DNA of 64,000 nucleotides. Source: Candidatus Harrisonbacteria bacterium. GTDB lineage: Bacteria > Patescibacteriota > Minisyncoccia > UBA6257 > 1-14-0-10-44-23. How positions within the stretch are numbered: position 1 is the stretch's first letter; every line of letters starts with the position of its first letter. The notes beneath the pieces are model-generated. The model was not told where the DNA came from, did not search any database, and saw only the letters and a program-made list of their open reading frames with translations. Position numbers and translations under genes: made by a program. The stretch spans positions 290,965 to 354,964 of the forward strand of contig JAHFLF010000001.1 in the NCBI GenBank assembly GCA_023255625.1. The letters run 5' to 3'. This document shows, piece by piece, positions 17,961-26,516 of this stretch.

Positions 17961-18689
17961 ATGGACATTGAAACTGGTTTAAAAAATCTCGGCCTAAAAA
18001 AGTCAGAAATTGCGGTGTATCTATACCTTTTGCGCGCCGGCGCCTCTACGCCGCCGATGATTGCAAAGGGGACGGGAATAGCGCGCACCAACTGTTATCG
18101 CGTACTTACGGCGCTACACGAGAAGGAACTCATCCAAACACAGCCGCTACGCAAACGCCGGGCCTATTTTGTGCGCGACCCGGAGTCATTAGTTTCCGGA
18201 CTGGAGCGAAAAACAGAGTTTGCCCGTCAGATTGTGCCGGAGCTGCGGGATTTTTATACAACGCAAAAAAATAAACCGAAAATCCGCTTTTTTAGCGGCT
18301 GGGAGGAGGTCAAAGAGGTGTTTCGCCTAACACTTGAGGCCAAAAAATTGTTTGCGCTTGGATCAACTGAGACGCTAGCAAAGATTGACCGTAAATTTAT
18401 GGAGTGGCACTGGAACGAGATGCAAAAACGAAAAATTATCTTTGACGACATCCTAACGGCCGATGCAAAAGGGAAAACTGCAGAAGAAATCAAGAGCATC
18501 CGTGGCGCGCTCCAGACCGTCAGATTTCTGCCAGAACAATTCGGCGACCAACCCATGGACATCTTTATCTGGGACGACAATATCGCCTTTATGGCGCTTA
18601 GCGAGCCAATCTTCGCCACGCTCATCACCGACGCGCCGCTCGTCAAAGCAATCAAAATCATGCACCGGGCGCTGTGGGAAAAACTTTAG
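17961..18689 (+). CDS. TrmB-family transcriptional regulator (paralog 1 of 5)
   Basis: N-terminal wHTH (EIAVYLYLLRAGASTPPMIAKGTGIARTNCYRVLTAL) and TrmB-like C-domain. Paralogs at 23945, 33303, 49865 and 61190. Confidence 0.6.
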   Translation: MDIETGLKNLGLKKSEIAVYLYLLRAGASTPPMIAKGTGIARTNCYRVLTALHEKELIQTQPLRKRRAYFVRDPESLVSGLERKTEFARQIVPELRDFYTTQKNKPKIRFFSGWEEVKEVFRLTLEAKKLFALGSTETLAKIDRKFMEWHWNEMQKRKIIFDDILTADAKGKTAEEIKSIRGALQTVRFLPEQFGDQPMDIFIWDDNIAFMALSEPIFATLITDAPLVKAIKIMHRALWEKL

Positions 18690-18790
18690 GGGGCTTGCCA
18701 TTCGAAGCCTAACGTTGATTTACCGTAGAGTAGAGATAGCCCGTGCTTCGCTAAAGCTATGCAGGGCCATTCTCCGCCAAGGCGTAGAAT

Positions 18791-18863
18791 GGAGCGGGCG
18801 ACGGGAGTCGAACCCGTGGCTAGACCTTGGAAGGGTCTCGTATTACCGTTATACAACGCCCGC
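18791..18863 (-). tRNA. tRNA-Gly (anticodon TCC), CCA encoded
   Basis: rc reads GCGGGCG...anticodon loop CTTCCAA...T-loop GGTTCGACTCC...CGCCCGC-T-CCA. Confidence 0.8.
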
Positions 18864-19082
18864 GATAGAGCTAGTCTAACGAAAAATCAGCTTTGGGGCA
18901 ACTAAAAAGTCAGCCCCTAGGCCCGGTAGCATTTTTCGCTTTTTAAGCCATTCGCTTGCGATGAGCCCAGCAAAAAAAGTAAAAACTGCTACCGGACGCC
19001 TTGGGGTTGCAATTGCGGCTCACTTTCGCTACTATACCTCTACATAAATAAGGCATAATACTGCCTTATTTTTATTATAGAC

Positions 19083-19685
19083 ATGCTCAAAAATACCTCG
19101 CAAACAACCAAATGGGCTATCGGCAGTGCGGCTCTTGTCGTAGTTATCCTGCTCTATGTCCTCTGGGCAAACCCAAGCACCCCGCCAGCCGACTTTTTAG
19201 AGGCGCGGATTGCTGCTGTAGGTGCAGTGAACAACTTGGCGCAACTTGTCGATAACTCTCTGGCCAACTTAGAAAAAGTTGATACCTTCACCAAAAACGA
19301 AAATGATATCGAGGCACAAAATCTAATCGGTTTTGAATTCCAGCAACGCGCCGAAAAACAGAATGCGGCGCTCCGGCTGGCCCTACAGCTTGATCAGATG
19401 GCAAAAACCGCGCCGTCAATTAGATCATCTCGCGCTCGCACTTATGCAGTACAAAGTATTACGAGCGGCGTGGCCATGGTCTCCAGAATCATCAGCTACA
19501 ATAACAATCTCGACCAACTCTTTACGGCAATTCAGCAAAAAATCCAATACAAAAACCAGCCGAATCCAACCAATATCCGAGCTCTCTCTGCTAATCTTAA
19601 TGCCGACGCAAAAGCGATTAATGGATTGAGTAAGGAGTTTAATGACGCGCTCGCACAGTTTGATAAGGAGTACGGGATCAAGTAA
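19083..19685 (+). CDS. hypothetical protein with N-terminal TM anchor (200 aa)
   Basis: ORF with hydrophobic N-terminus. Confidence 0.5.
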   Translation: MLKNTSQTTKWAIGSAALVVVILLYVLWANPSTPPADFLEARIAAVGAVNNLAQLVDNSLANLEKVDTFTKNENDIEAQNLIGFEFQQRAEKQNAALRLALQLDQMAKTAPSIRSSRARTYAVQSITSGVAMVSRIISYNNNLDQLFTAIQQKIQYKNQPNPTNIRALSANLNADAKAINGLSKEFNDALAQFDKEYGIK

Positions 19686-19769
19686 TAATAGTTGGTTGGT
19701 TAATTAGTTAGTTGGTTGCTTAGTATAAAGCAATAAAACGGGCTATTATTATATAGAGGATTCAAAAAC

Positions 19770-19838
19770 GGAGAGTAGTATAATGGTAGTATACTTGCTT
19801 TGGGAGCAAGAAGTCCGAGTTCGATTCTCGGCTCTCCG
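19770..19838 (+). tRNA. tRNA-Pro (anticodon GGG)
   Basis: GGAGAGT acceptor, anticodon loop TTGGGAG, T-loop TTCGATT. Short D-arm. Confidence 0.65.
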
Positions 19839-19855
19839 ACACTTCAACCTGCTCA

Positions 19856-20257
19856 GTGCAAGCCAACACTCATATGAAATGGACTCCGAACGGCTTTCTG
19901 AAAATCTGTGGCCCCCTGATCTTTCTTGTCGGCCTTGCTGGTCTTTTTGGTTTTATCGGGCCGAGCTGGCGAGTTACTGAAGCTGACAATCTACTCCATG
20001 CAATAACCGGCTTTGTCATGTTTATTGCCGGGCTCACGCTGCCCGCGGCAACGCAAAAAAGGGTTACTATACTTTTTGGTATCGTGACGCTTGGTGTCGC
20101 GCTGTATATCATCACTGGGGTGCTCTTTGCTGATATACCATTTACTGAACCAGCAAACCTTATTGTCCACGCAGTTATCGCAACCTGGGCTCTGGCAGTC
20201 GGGGCGAGAAGATCTTCTGGCCTTATTGCGCAGCAAGCGGAGACAAAGGTATTATAG
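19856..20257 (+). CDS. small membrane protein (133 aa)
   Basis: Three or four hydrophobic helices. Confidence 0.5.
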   Translation: MQANTHMKWTPNGFLKICGPLIFLVGLAGLFGFIGPSWRVTEADNLLHAITGFVMFIAGLTLPAATQKRVTILFGIVTLGVALYIITGVLFADIPFTEPANLIVHAVIATWALAVGARRSSGLIAQQAETKVL

Positions 20258-20271
20258 TATTCATGCTCGCG

Positions 20272-20335
20272 TCCTCGTAGTTCAACTCCGACGCTCACAG
20301 TAGTAAGGTCGGAGCCCCGACCTACTGCGTCGGGG
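20272..20335. repeat. about 64-bp direct repeat, copy 1 (nested hairpin GACGC-tca-CAGTAG-AGGTCGG-agcc-CCGACCT-CTACTG-CGTC)
   Basis: Repeated at 20695-20758 with two mismatches. The two copies flank the GIY-YIG gene and tRNA-Arg. Confidence 0.8.
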
Positions 20336-20346
20336 TGAATAGAATT

Positions 20347-20613
20347 ATGATCGGATATGTTTACATATTGCGAGCTGCCGATGACCGCTTGTATGTCGGC
20401 AGCACCAGCAATTTAGAATATCGTATGCGCCAACACATAGCTGGTCATACGCAAACAACTCGCAATATGAAAAAATTTGCGCTTGTTTTTAAGCAAGAGA
20501 CGGCTAATTTGAAAATAGCCCGTGCTGCTGAACGAAAGCTCAAAAAACTAAAACGCAAGGATTACCTAGAAAAAATCATCAAAGACGGCTATATTAAGAT
20601 ATTACCCCCATAG
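20347..20613 (+). CDS. GIY-YIG nuclease superfamily protein (YhbQ/UPF0213-like)
   Basis: GYVYILRAADDRLYVGSTSNLEYRMRQH carries the GIY...YIG motif. The 3' end overlaps tRNA-Arg. Confidence 0.65.
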   Translation: MIGYVYILRAADDRLYVGSTSNLEYRMRQHIAGHTQTTRNMKKFALVFKQETANLKIARAAERKLKKLKRKDYLEKIIKDGYIKILPP

Positions 20614-20674
20614 TTCAATGGATAGAACAAAACTCTTCTAAGGTTTTGATGTAGGTTCGATTCCTACTGGGGGT
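20604..20674 (+). tRNA. tRNA-Arg (anticodon TCT)
   Basis: ACCCCCA acceptor, anticodon loop CTTCTAA, T-arm GTAGG-TTCGATT-CCTAC. Confidence 0.7.
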
Positions 20675-20694
20675 ACAAAATGATAAGATTGGGT

Positions 20695-20758
20695 AGTTCA
20701 ACTCCGACGCTCACAGTAGTGAGGTCGGAGCCCCGACCTACTGCGTCTGGGTGGATAA
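20695..20758. repeat. about 64-bp direct repeat, copy 2
   Basis: See 20272-20335. Confidence 0.8.
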
Positions 20759-20808
20759 GACAAGGGGTTTCTAACCCCTCAATCTAGGTTCGATTCCTAG
20801 CGGGGACA
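20757..20808 (+). other. tRNA-like 3' fragment (anticodon-arm-like AGGGG-TTTCTAA-CCCCT, T-arm CTAGG-TTCGATT-CCTAG, CGGGGAC-A-CCA) with no adjacent 5' half
   Basis: Canonical T-loop and encoded CCA. The only candidate 5' acceptor strand (GTCCTCG) lies at 20274-20280, immediately before repeat copy 1. Confidence 0.4.
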
Positions 20809-20868
20809 CCATGGATAGTTAATCGGTTAGTCAGTTAGTTGGTTAGTTGGTAAAACGAAAAACTAATT

Positions 20869-21354
20869 ATGCAAAAAGGTGTTGATTTCATCGGCGTATC
20901 GGTTTCGTACTTTTGCCACGACGGCAAGGGGAATTATTTATTCCAAAAACGGGGATCCGGGGCTCGCGATGAGAACGGCAAGTGGGACTGTGGTGGCGGG
21001 GGATTGGAGTTCGGCCAAACAGTCGAGGAGTGCCTGAAGGCGGAAGTCAAAGAGGAATACTGCGCTGATATTTTGGATTCGGAATTCATTGGATACTACG
21101 AGGCATTTCGTACTATCAAAACACAAAATCCCTCACCGCAAGGCGGTCCCCTCCCTTTAGAAAAGGGAGAAGGAAAGCCAACGCACTGGATTGCTCTCCA
21201 CTTTAAAGTCTTGGTTGATCCAAAACAGGTCAAGAATGGAGAGCCGCACAAGTTTGACGAGATTAAATGGTTCCGACTTGATAATTTACCGCCAGCATCA
21301 GAACTTCACTCACAGCTGCCGGCGGAGATTGAGAGGTATAGGGGGAAATTGTGA
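20869..21354 (+). CDS. NUDIX hydrolase carrying an in-frame REP-like repeat insertion
   Basis: Nudix box GGGGLEFGQTVEECLKAEVKEEYC. Residues NPSPQGGPLPLEKGEGK are encoded by a copy of the repeat family at 21126-21172. Confidence 0.65.
   Translation: MQKGVDFIGVSVSYFCHDGKGNYLFQKRGSGARDENGKWDCGGGGLEFGQTVEECLKAEVKEEYCADILDSEFIGYYEAFRTIKTQNPSPQGGPLPLEKGEGKPTHWIALHFKVLVDPKQVKNGEPHKFDEIKWFRLDNLPPASELHSQLPAEIERYRGKL
21126..21172. repeat. REP/MITE-like element inserted in frame in the NUDIX gene
   Basis: AAATCCCTCACCGCAAGGCGGTCCCCTCCCTTTAGAAAAGGGAGAAGG. Confidence 0.7.
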
Positions 21355-21488
21355 ATTTGACCAAATCCTATCCATAAACTAGTATCAAGATATGATTCAG
21401 GAAAAGGCACAAAATTTTGTTTTCAACATGGTCCCGCCGGGCTCGCTCAAAGGGCGAGCTTTGCTTTTCTGAACTTCAGAACTTCATT

Positions 21489-21520
21489 CAGGAAATCAGC
21501 GCCCGCTCTTTGAGCGGGCG
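21489..21520 (+). terminator. terminator GCGCCCGCTC-TTTGA-GCGGGCG followed by TTTTCGTTTT
   Basis: Stem-loop followed by a T-tract. Confidence 0.5.
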
Positions 21521-21570
21521 TTTTCGTTTTGGTTCGCTAGAAAACCGAAACAACACAACGGAGGTGGTTT

Positions 21571-21732
21571 ATGTCGGCCTGGGAGATGCATTCGGCGGAG
21601 CGTCCGGACATGAAGTTCAAGTGGTGGGACGTGGTGACGACGCCCCTCGTGCTCGTCGTGTTCGCCATCCCGCTGACCTTCTGCTGGACGATGGAGGGAG
21701 TCAGGAGGATCCGGAAGCAGCCGGTGTCATAG
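21571..21732 (+). CDS. 53-aa hydrophobic peptide in a GC-rich mini-cassette
   Basis: ACGGAGGTGGTTT SD 7 nt before ATG. One predicted TM helix. Followed by hairpin GCAGCCGGGGAG-TCGTC-TTCCCCGGCTGC (21745-21775). Confidence 0.45.
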   Translation: MSAWEMHSAERPDMKFKWWDVVTTPLVLVVFAIPLTFCWTMEGVRRIRKQPVS

Positions 21733-21846
21733 ACCTGACAAGCAATGCAGCCGGGGAGTCGTCTTCCCCGGCTGCAGAAAACTCAATATTACACTAACAG
21801 ACGGCCGTTTCTTAGTGCAATATTCAATTAATTATCAATAATTTAT

Positions 21847-22182
21847 ATGAAACAAATTACCTGGGCGGATTTTGAGAAGGTGGAGCTGCGGGTCGGGACA
21901 ATTATGACGGTTGAGGATTTCCCTGAGGCAAAAATTCCTGCCTATAAAATCGCTGTTGATTTTGGTGAATTTGGCATAAAGAAATCCAGTGCCCGAATTA
22001 CCGTCCTTTATACGAAAGGGGAATTGGTGGGGAAGAAGGTGATCGGCGTGATTAATTTTCCCATCAAAAAGATTGGTCCGTTTGAGTCCGAGGTATTAAT
22101 CTGCGGATTTTACCGCGAAGACGGCTCGGTTGTGCTCGCCGTGCCAGACAAGGAGATTGGCAATGGAGCTCGAGTCTGTTGA
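21847..22182 (+). CDS. csaA: tRNA-binding protein CsaA (EMAP/Trbp111-like domain)
   Basis: 111 aa. The EKVELRVGTI...IPAYKIAVDFGE pattern matches the MetRS C-terminal-like tRNA-binding domain. Confidence 0.6.
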   Translation: MKQITWADFEKVELRVGTIMTVEDFPEAKIPAYKIAVDFGEFGIKKSSARITVLYTKGELVGKKVIGVINFPIKKIGPFESEVLICGFYREDGSVVLAVPDKEIGNGARVC

Positions 22183-22195
22183 GCAGCCTATTTCG

Positions 22196-22410
22196 AGCCG
22201 CGTTGCCAGGTAGTTTCGCTCGTATGGCTATCTTTTGAGGAAAGGACAATATGCTTAAGCATAGGCCTTTACTCGAAAGTAGTTCAGACGACGAAACTAA
22301 CGGCAACCACTTCGGGATCTGACATATTTTTGCCATTTCATTGTCGAATCGTCCTCGAAGTAGCTGAAGCTACTCCTTGCGGCGATTCTTCGCGACCTGA
22401 CAAAAATATG
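22196..22410 (+). ncRNA. candidate structured noncoding element, copy A (the second copy is at 50629-50835)
   Basis: Conserved blocks GAGGAAARGACAATATGC...GCATAGGC and CATTGTCG..TCGTCCTCGAAGTA-hairpin-TACTCCTTGCGGCGA. The internal hairpin is GTAGC/GCTAC here and GTACG/CGTAC in copy B. Confidence 0.4.
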
Positions 22411-22473
22411 TCTTGATCGCGGCCGGAAAAGGTTACTCAACAGACTCTGGCTGGGGTAGATCTAGACCCCATC

Positions 22474-23898
22474 TTAAACTTCCTTTCGTCGAATCAAAAT
22501 ACAAAACAAAGTGCTTATCGCCACTATCAGTAGCGATGACCCGACAATCCAAATTGGCCTATCGGCAATATTCGAATAGACGAATAGTGGAATGCCCACG
22601 ACAAAAGATGTCAGTACGCCCCAAAAAACGCCGCGTTCACCCAAATTTTTCCAGTACAGGCTCAAAATTGTCGGCACCATGACGCACGCCGCGATAGTAT
22701 TAAATATCCACCATAGCTGCTTCAGTCCAAAACCGGGAATATATACTGCTGCCAAAGATATTAAGAGCCCTGCTATCGTCATACCGACCATAGATTGTCT
22801 GGCCACCCGCACAGCTTCTATATCATTTTTTGGTTTTGCGATATCAGTGACCCAGAGTGAGCTCGCGGCAGATAATCCCGCGTCTAAAGCTGAAGATAGG
22901 CCCGCCAAAAGCATAATGACAAATAGAGACACTGCCCAGAGCGGCAGAAGTTGTGCAACAGCCTGCACCCCGATCATGGACACATCAATTCCTTGAGGTA
23001 GAACGATATGAAGTGCGGGATTCGCCGCAAGAAATCCAAGCGTGGACAAACCAATAGGTACGATACCAAAGAGAATTGAACCGAAAACAAATGCCTTAAT
23101 GACTTTGCCTTCTTTGATTGCGAATGCTCGTTGCCAATTTGATTGGTCTGAAATAGAACCTGCGATAAGTCCGATTGCGGTAACAATGCCGAAGGAGAAG
23201 GCGACCCCCGGATCAAAAATATTCCCTATATTCGCTATGCCGTGAAAGCCGGCAGCAATGGCTTGAAACCCTCCTGCGGCATGCCACGCAAGCGGAAATA
23301 TGACGGCACCAATCACATAGATCAATCCTAATTGCACAAAGTCAGTAATAATGGATGCTTGGAAACCGGAGATCAAGGTATAGATCAAAACAATGGCGGC
23401 GAGCAAAGGCATAATAATGGTTAGAGGTATACCCGTAAGCAAGGCCAATAAGCTACCGCCGGCAAAAAGCTGAACTACCACTGCCATCAGCTGATAAAAA
23501 AGATATGGAAAAAGAAAAACTTTGTGCACCCGCTCGCTTCCCAAACGGTACTTAATGTACTGTGTAAATGTGTAACCTGCCGGCAACTTTGCCCGGATTC
23601 GCGGAGCCAAAACCGCAAAGATGGCTAGGGCGAGAATATTCGGCAGAGTAAACCAGAAGATGCCCGCCAATCCGTTTTGATATGCAACCTGTACTGACAC
23701 AAAAAGAGCTGGTGCCCAGATCCAAGAGGAGGCGATACTGAACCCTCCTAATACCCAACCTACCTCACGATTAGCAAGCAGGAAACCCTCTTTGCTCTGC
23801 CAGCCTTGTTTCCGCGAGAAAAAATATGTGAAAAGGGTGATTCCTACGCCAAAAATCGCGAGAAACCAATATCCGGTGCTTTGTGATACGAAGCTCAT
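22474..23898 (-). CDS. sodium:solute symporter (SSS) family transporter
   Basis: About 13 TM helices. The N-terminal GWQSKEGFLLANREVGWVLGGFSIASSWIWAPALF region is typical of SSS family. ATG at 23898. Confidence 0.6.
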   Translation of the reverse strand: MSFVSQSTGYWFLAIFGVGITLFTYFFSRKQGWQSKEGFLLANREVGWVLGGFSIASSWIWAPALFVSVQVAYQNGLAGIFWFTLPNILALAIFAVLAPRIRAKLPAGYTFTQYIKYRLGSERVHKVFLFPYLFYQLMAVVVQLFAGGSLLALLTGIPLTIIMPLLAAIVLIYTLISGFQASIITDFVQLGLIYVIGAVIFPLAWHAAGGFQAIAAGFHGIANIGNIFDPGVAFSFGIVTAIGLIAGSISDQSNWQRAFAIKEGKVIKAFVFGSILFGIVPIGLSTLGFLAANPALHIVLPQGIDVSMIGVQAVAQLLPLWAVSLFVIMLLAGLSSALDAGLSAASSLWVTDIAKPKNDIEAVRVARQSMVGMTIAGLLISLAAVYIPGFGLKQLWWIFNTIAACVMVPTILSLYWKNLGERGVFWGVLTSFVVGIPLFVYSNIADRPIWIVGSSLLIVAISTLFCILIRRKEV

Positions 23899-23944
23899 AT
23901 AAATTAAAATAAAGTTAGTAAACTTGACCTTTGCCTGAACATAC

Positions 23945-24730
23945 ATGATAATGAGTGAGTGGCAAATACCACCACTCAATAGATATATGTACCAAGAAAT
24001 TCTTGAAGAATTAGGTCTATCGCAAAATGAAGCGAAGATCTACGAAGGCCTGATTGAAATCGGCCAGGCTTCGGTACCGGAAATATCCCTGAAAATAGGA
24101 GTTCATAAGCGTAATGTGTACGACATTATCCCCAAACTTTTAAAACGCGGCCTGATATATCAGATTGCGGATAGCAAGGAAAATACCTATGCTCCGGTCG
24201 CGCCGAATAAACTCTCTGACCTAGTTTGGGAAAAAGAAACAAAACTCAATAGCATTCTTCCAGGGCTCAATAGACAATTTAAAAAAGCCGCAACAGAAGA
24301 AGCGGTGTACATCTATAAAGGTGTTGAGGGATTTAAAAATTATCTTCGCGACATCTTAGCCACAGGGGAAGACGTCTTTTTTATAGGAGCTAAAGGAGGA
24401 TGGTTTGACGCTGACTTGCAAATTTTCATTAAAAAATTCTTAAAGCAAGCTCGCGAAAAAAAAATTAAATATCACCATATTTTTGATGCTGAAGTGAAAA
24501 CGCTGGCTCCCGACCTATTAAAAGCATTGGGGCAGCCATATCGTTTTTTACCGCCGGAATATTCCACAACCGGCGCTATCGATATCTTCGGAGACCATAT
24601 TGTAACCTTCTCTGGGCTAACGTTAAAAAATATTACGGAAGATGCAACTCTGGTCGTGATACAGAATAAAGAATTGGCGGATTGCTACCGAACCTGGTTC
24701 CGGTTTATTTGGGACCATTGCAGAAAATAA
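23945..24730 (+). CDS. TrmB-family transcriptional regulator (paralog 2)
   Basis: wHTH (EAKIYEGLIEIGQASVPEISLKIGVHKRNVYDIIPKL) and TrmB C-domain. Confidence 0.6.
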   Translation: MIMSEWQIPPLNRYMYQEILEELGLSQNEAKIYEGLIEIGQASVPEISLKIGVHKRNVYDIIPKLLKRGLIYQIADSKENTYAPVAPNKLSDLVWEKETKLNSILPGLNRQFKKAATEEAVYIYKGVEGFKNYLRDILATGEDVFFIGAKGGWFDADLQIFIKKFLKQAREKKIKYHHIFDAEVKTLAPDLLKALGQPYRFLPPEYSTTGAIDIFGDHIVTFSGLTLKNITEDATLVVIQNKELADCYRTWFRFIWDHCRK

Positions 24731-24767
24731 AACAATAAATGATGTGACTGGGCGAGAAGCGAAGATT

Positions 24768-26210
24768 CTACCCAATCATTCTATTCTTGAGATGCAGGGT
24801 GCGCGTGATAGCGATTTTGTCTAGAAAATATCTATCATGCGAGACAACCAGGAGTGCGCCACCATATTCGCGGAGCGCCTCTTCGATCACTTCACGCGCT
24901 TGTAGATCAAGATGATTGGTTGGCTCGTCCAGCACGAGCAGTTCATTTTCTTGATGAGTAATCTTGGCAAAAATCAGCCTGACCCGCTCGCCGAAGCTCA
25001 AGATTGCGACCTTCTTAAACACTTCCTGCCCGCTCAAGAGGAAGGCGCCAAGAATAGCGCGTGGACTTTTTGACGCACAGTTCAGTCGGTCGGTGCTTAA
25101 AAATTCCTCTAAAACCGTCTTATTAGGGTCAAGGATTTCCTGCTGCTGTGAAAAATAGCCGATTCGTACCTTTTCGCCAACAGTAACCTCGCCTTTGTCC
25201 GGGGCAAGCTCGCCGGTAATAATTTTGAGCAGCGTTGTCTTGCCTGAACCGTTTTCTCCGGCGAGCAAAACTCGTTCTTTGCCACGCAGCTCAAAGGTAA
25301 TATCCCAGAGCACAGAAACTGGCTTCCGGGTGAGTACCCCGGAATGACAAGCGGGGCGAGATCCCTCGGCTTCGGGATGACGGGGAGGGGATACGGGGGT
25401 GTTGCCGAAAGACTTTTTGATTCCCGAAAGCCGCAATATAAGTTTTGATTCAGCGGTCTGCCCATGCAATTCTAACGCTCTCATCTTCTTTTGACTGCCT
25501 GGCCTCACAAGTTCTTGATCATAAATTTCGCGCTGAAGGCGCTTTTCCATCGCTTGAATCATCTTTCCTTTGGCAGGGTCGCCGTGGAGAGTTGCCTCCT
25601 GGCGTTTGAGCGTAAGCCACAGCTCCATACGCCGCTTCTCGCGCTGCTGCCGCTCGTAGGCCTCCTGCTGCTGGGCTAGCGCTAGCCCTTTCTGGGCAAC
25701 ATACTCCGTGTAGCCACCTTGATACGCCACAAAAGCGTGATTAACAGGATCAATTTCCAGAATAGTGTCCACGACTGTATCCAGCAGTCTGCGGTCATGC
25801 GAGACGAGCAGCACACCGCCTTTGAATTTTGTTAAGAAGTCTTCAAGCCACTCTACCCCCTGCGCATCAAGATGATTGGTCGGCTCGTCAAGCAAGAGAA
25901 GCGTTGGTTTAGTGAGGAACAATTGCGAAAGCGCCAATCGTGTTTTTTGACCGCCGCTTAACTGACTGACGAGCGCATCGCCGGGCTGGAAGGGAAGTCC
26001 CTGTGGCAGATACCCAATTCGCTCCTGCTGGATGTCTACCGCGCCGCCGTCAGGTTCAATTTCGCCCAGAAGTATTTTAAGCAGAGTAGATTTTCCGGAG
26101 CCGTTCGGACCAATCAACCCAATTTTGTCGCCCTTATGGATAACAAACGACACCTGTTCAAAGAGCGGTTCGCCGAGAATATGCTTTGTAAGATTTTTGA
26201 TAGTAATCAT
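24768..26210 (-). CDS. ABC-F family ATPase (two ABC cassettes) carrying an in-frame repeat insertion
   Basis: Two Walker A motifs (GPNGSGKST, GENGSGKTT) and two signatures (LSGGQKTRLAL, LSFGERVRLIF). An extra segment NTPVSPPRHPEAEGSRPACHSGV is encoded by the GGGCGAGAT-hairpin repeat. Confidence 0.8.
   Translation of the reverse strand: MITIKNLTKHILGEPLFEQVSFVIHKGDKIGLIGPNGSGKSTLLKILLGEIEPDGGAVDIQQERIGYLPQGLPFQPGDALVSQLSGGQKTRLALSQLFLTKPTLLLLDEPTNHLDAQGVEWLEDFLTKFKGGVLLVSHDRRLLDTVVDTILEIDPVNHAFVAYQGGYTEYVAQKGLALAQQQEAYERQQREKRRMELWLTLKRQEATLHGDPAKGKMIQAMEKRLQREIYDQELVRPGSQKKMRALELHGQTAESKLILRLSGIKKSFGNTPVSPPRHPEAEGSRPACHSGVLTRKPVSVLWDITFELRGKERVLLAGENGSGKTTLLKIITGELAPDKGEVTVGEKVRIGYFSQQQEILDPNKTVLEEFLSTDRLNCASKSPRAILGAFLLSGQEVFKKVAILSFGERVRLIFAKITHQENELLVLDEPTNHLDLQAREVIEEALREYGGALLVVSHDRYFLDKIAITRTLHLKNRMIG
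25349..25385. repeat. GGGCGAGAT-hairpin repeat, copy 2, inserted in frame in the ABC-F gene
   Basis: GCGGGGCGAGATCCCTCGGCTTCGGGATGACGGGG. Flanked by G-rich sequence that is absent from normal ABC-F genes. Confidence 0.7.
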
Positions 26211-26516
26211 AGTTTTGTTTAAATTTGTTCAAAATTAATACACCCCAACGCGCGTGCATTGGGGTGTATCGGAATTCTTGTTCTAATTACTATATTTCCG
26301 AAATTTTTCCCAATGCAAAATAAGCCTGGGCGATTGCTCCCTTAAAATTTTCCGGACAAATGTAGGCGGGGGATGTCATAAATAACGATTTTGACTATAG
26401 CAGAGGGGGATGAAATAGGCAAAAATGCGTAGAAGATTGGCACTGGGACTAAATTGTGTTGTGTTTGCATTTAGAAATTAAAGTGATAAACTGAGCTAAA
26501 TTAAAGTTTAAAAAAT

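Noticed and set aside
22064-22336. ORFs 22064..22336 (minus) and 50656..50979 (minus) overlapping the duplicated noncoding element.
   Set aside because: The two loci are conserved at nucleotide level with compensatory hairpin changes, but the two ORF translations are unrelated. The conservation is therefore RNA or DNA-level, not protein-level.
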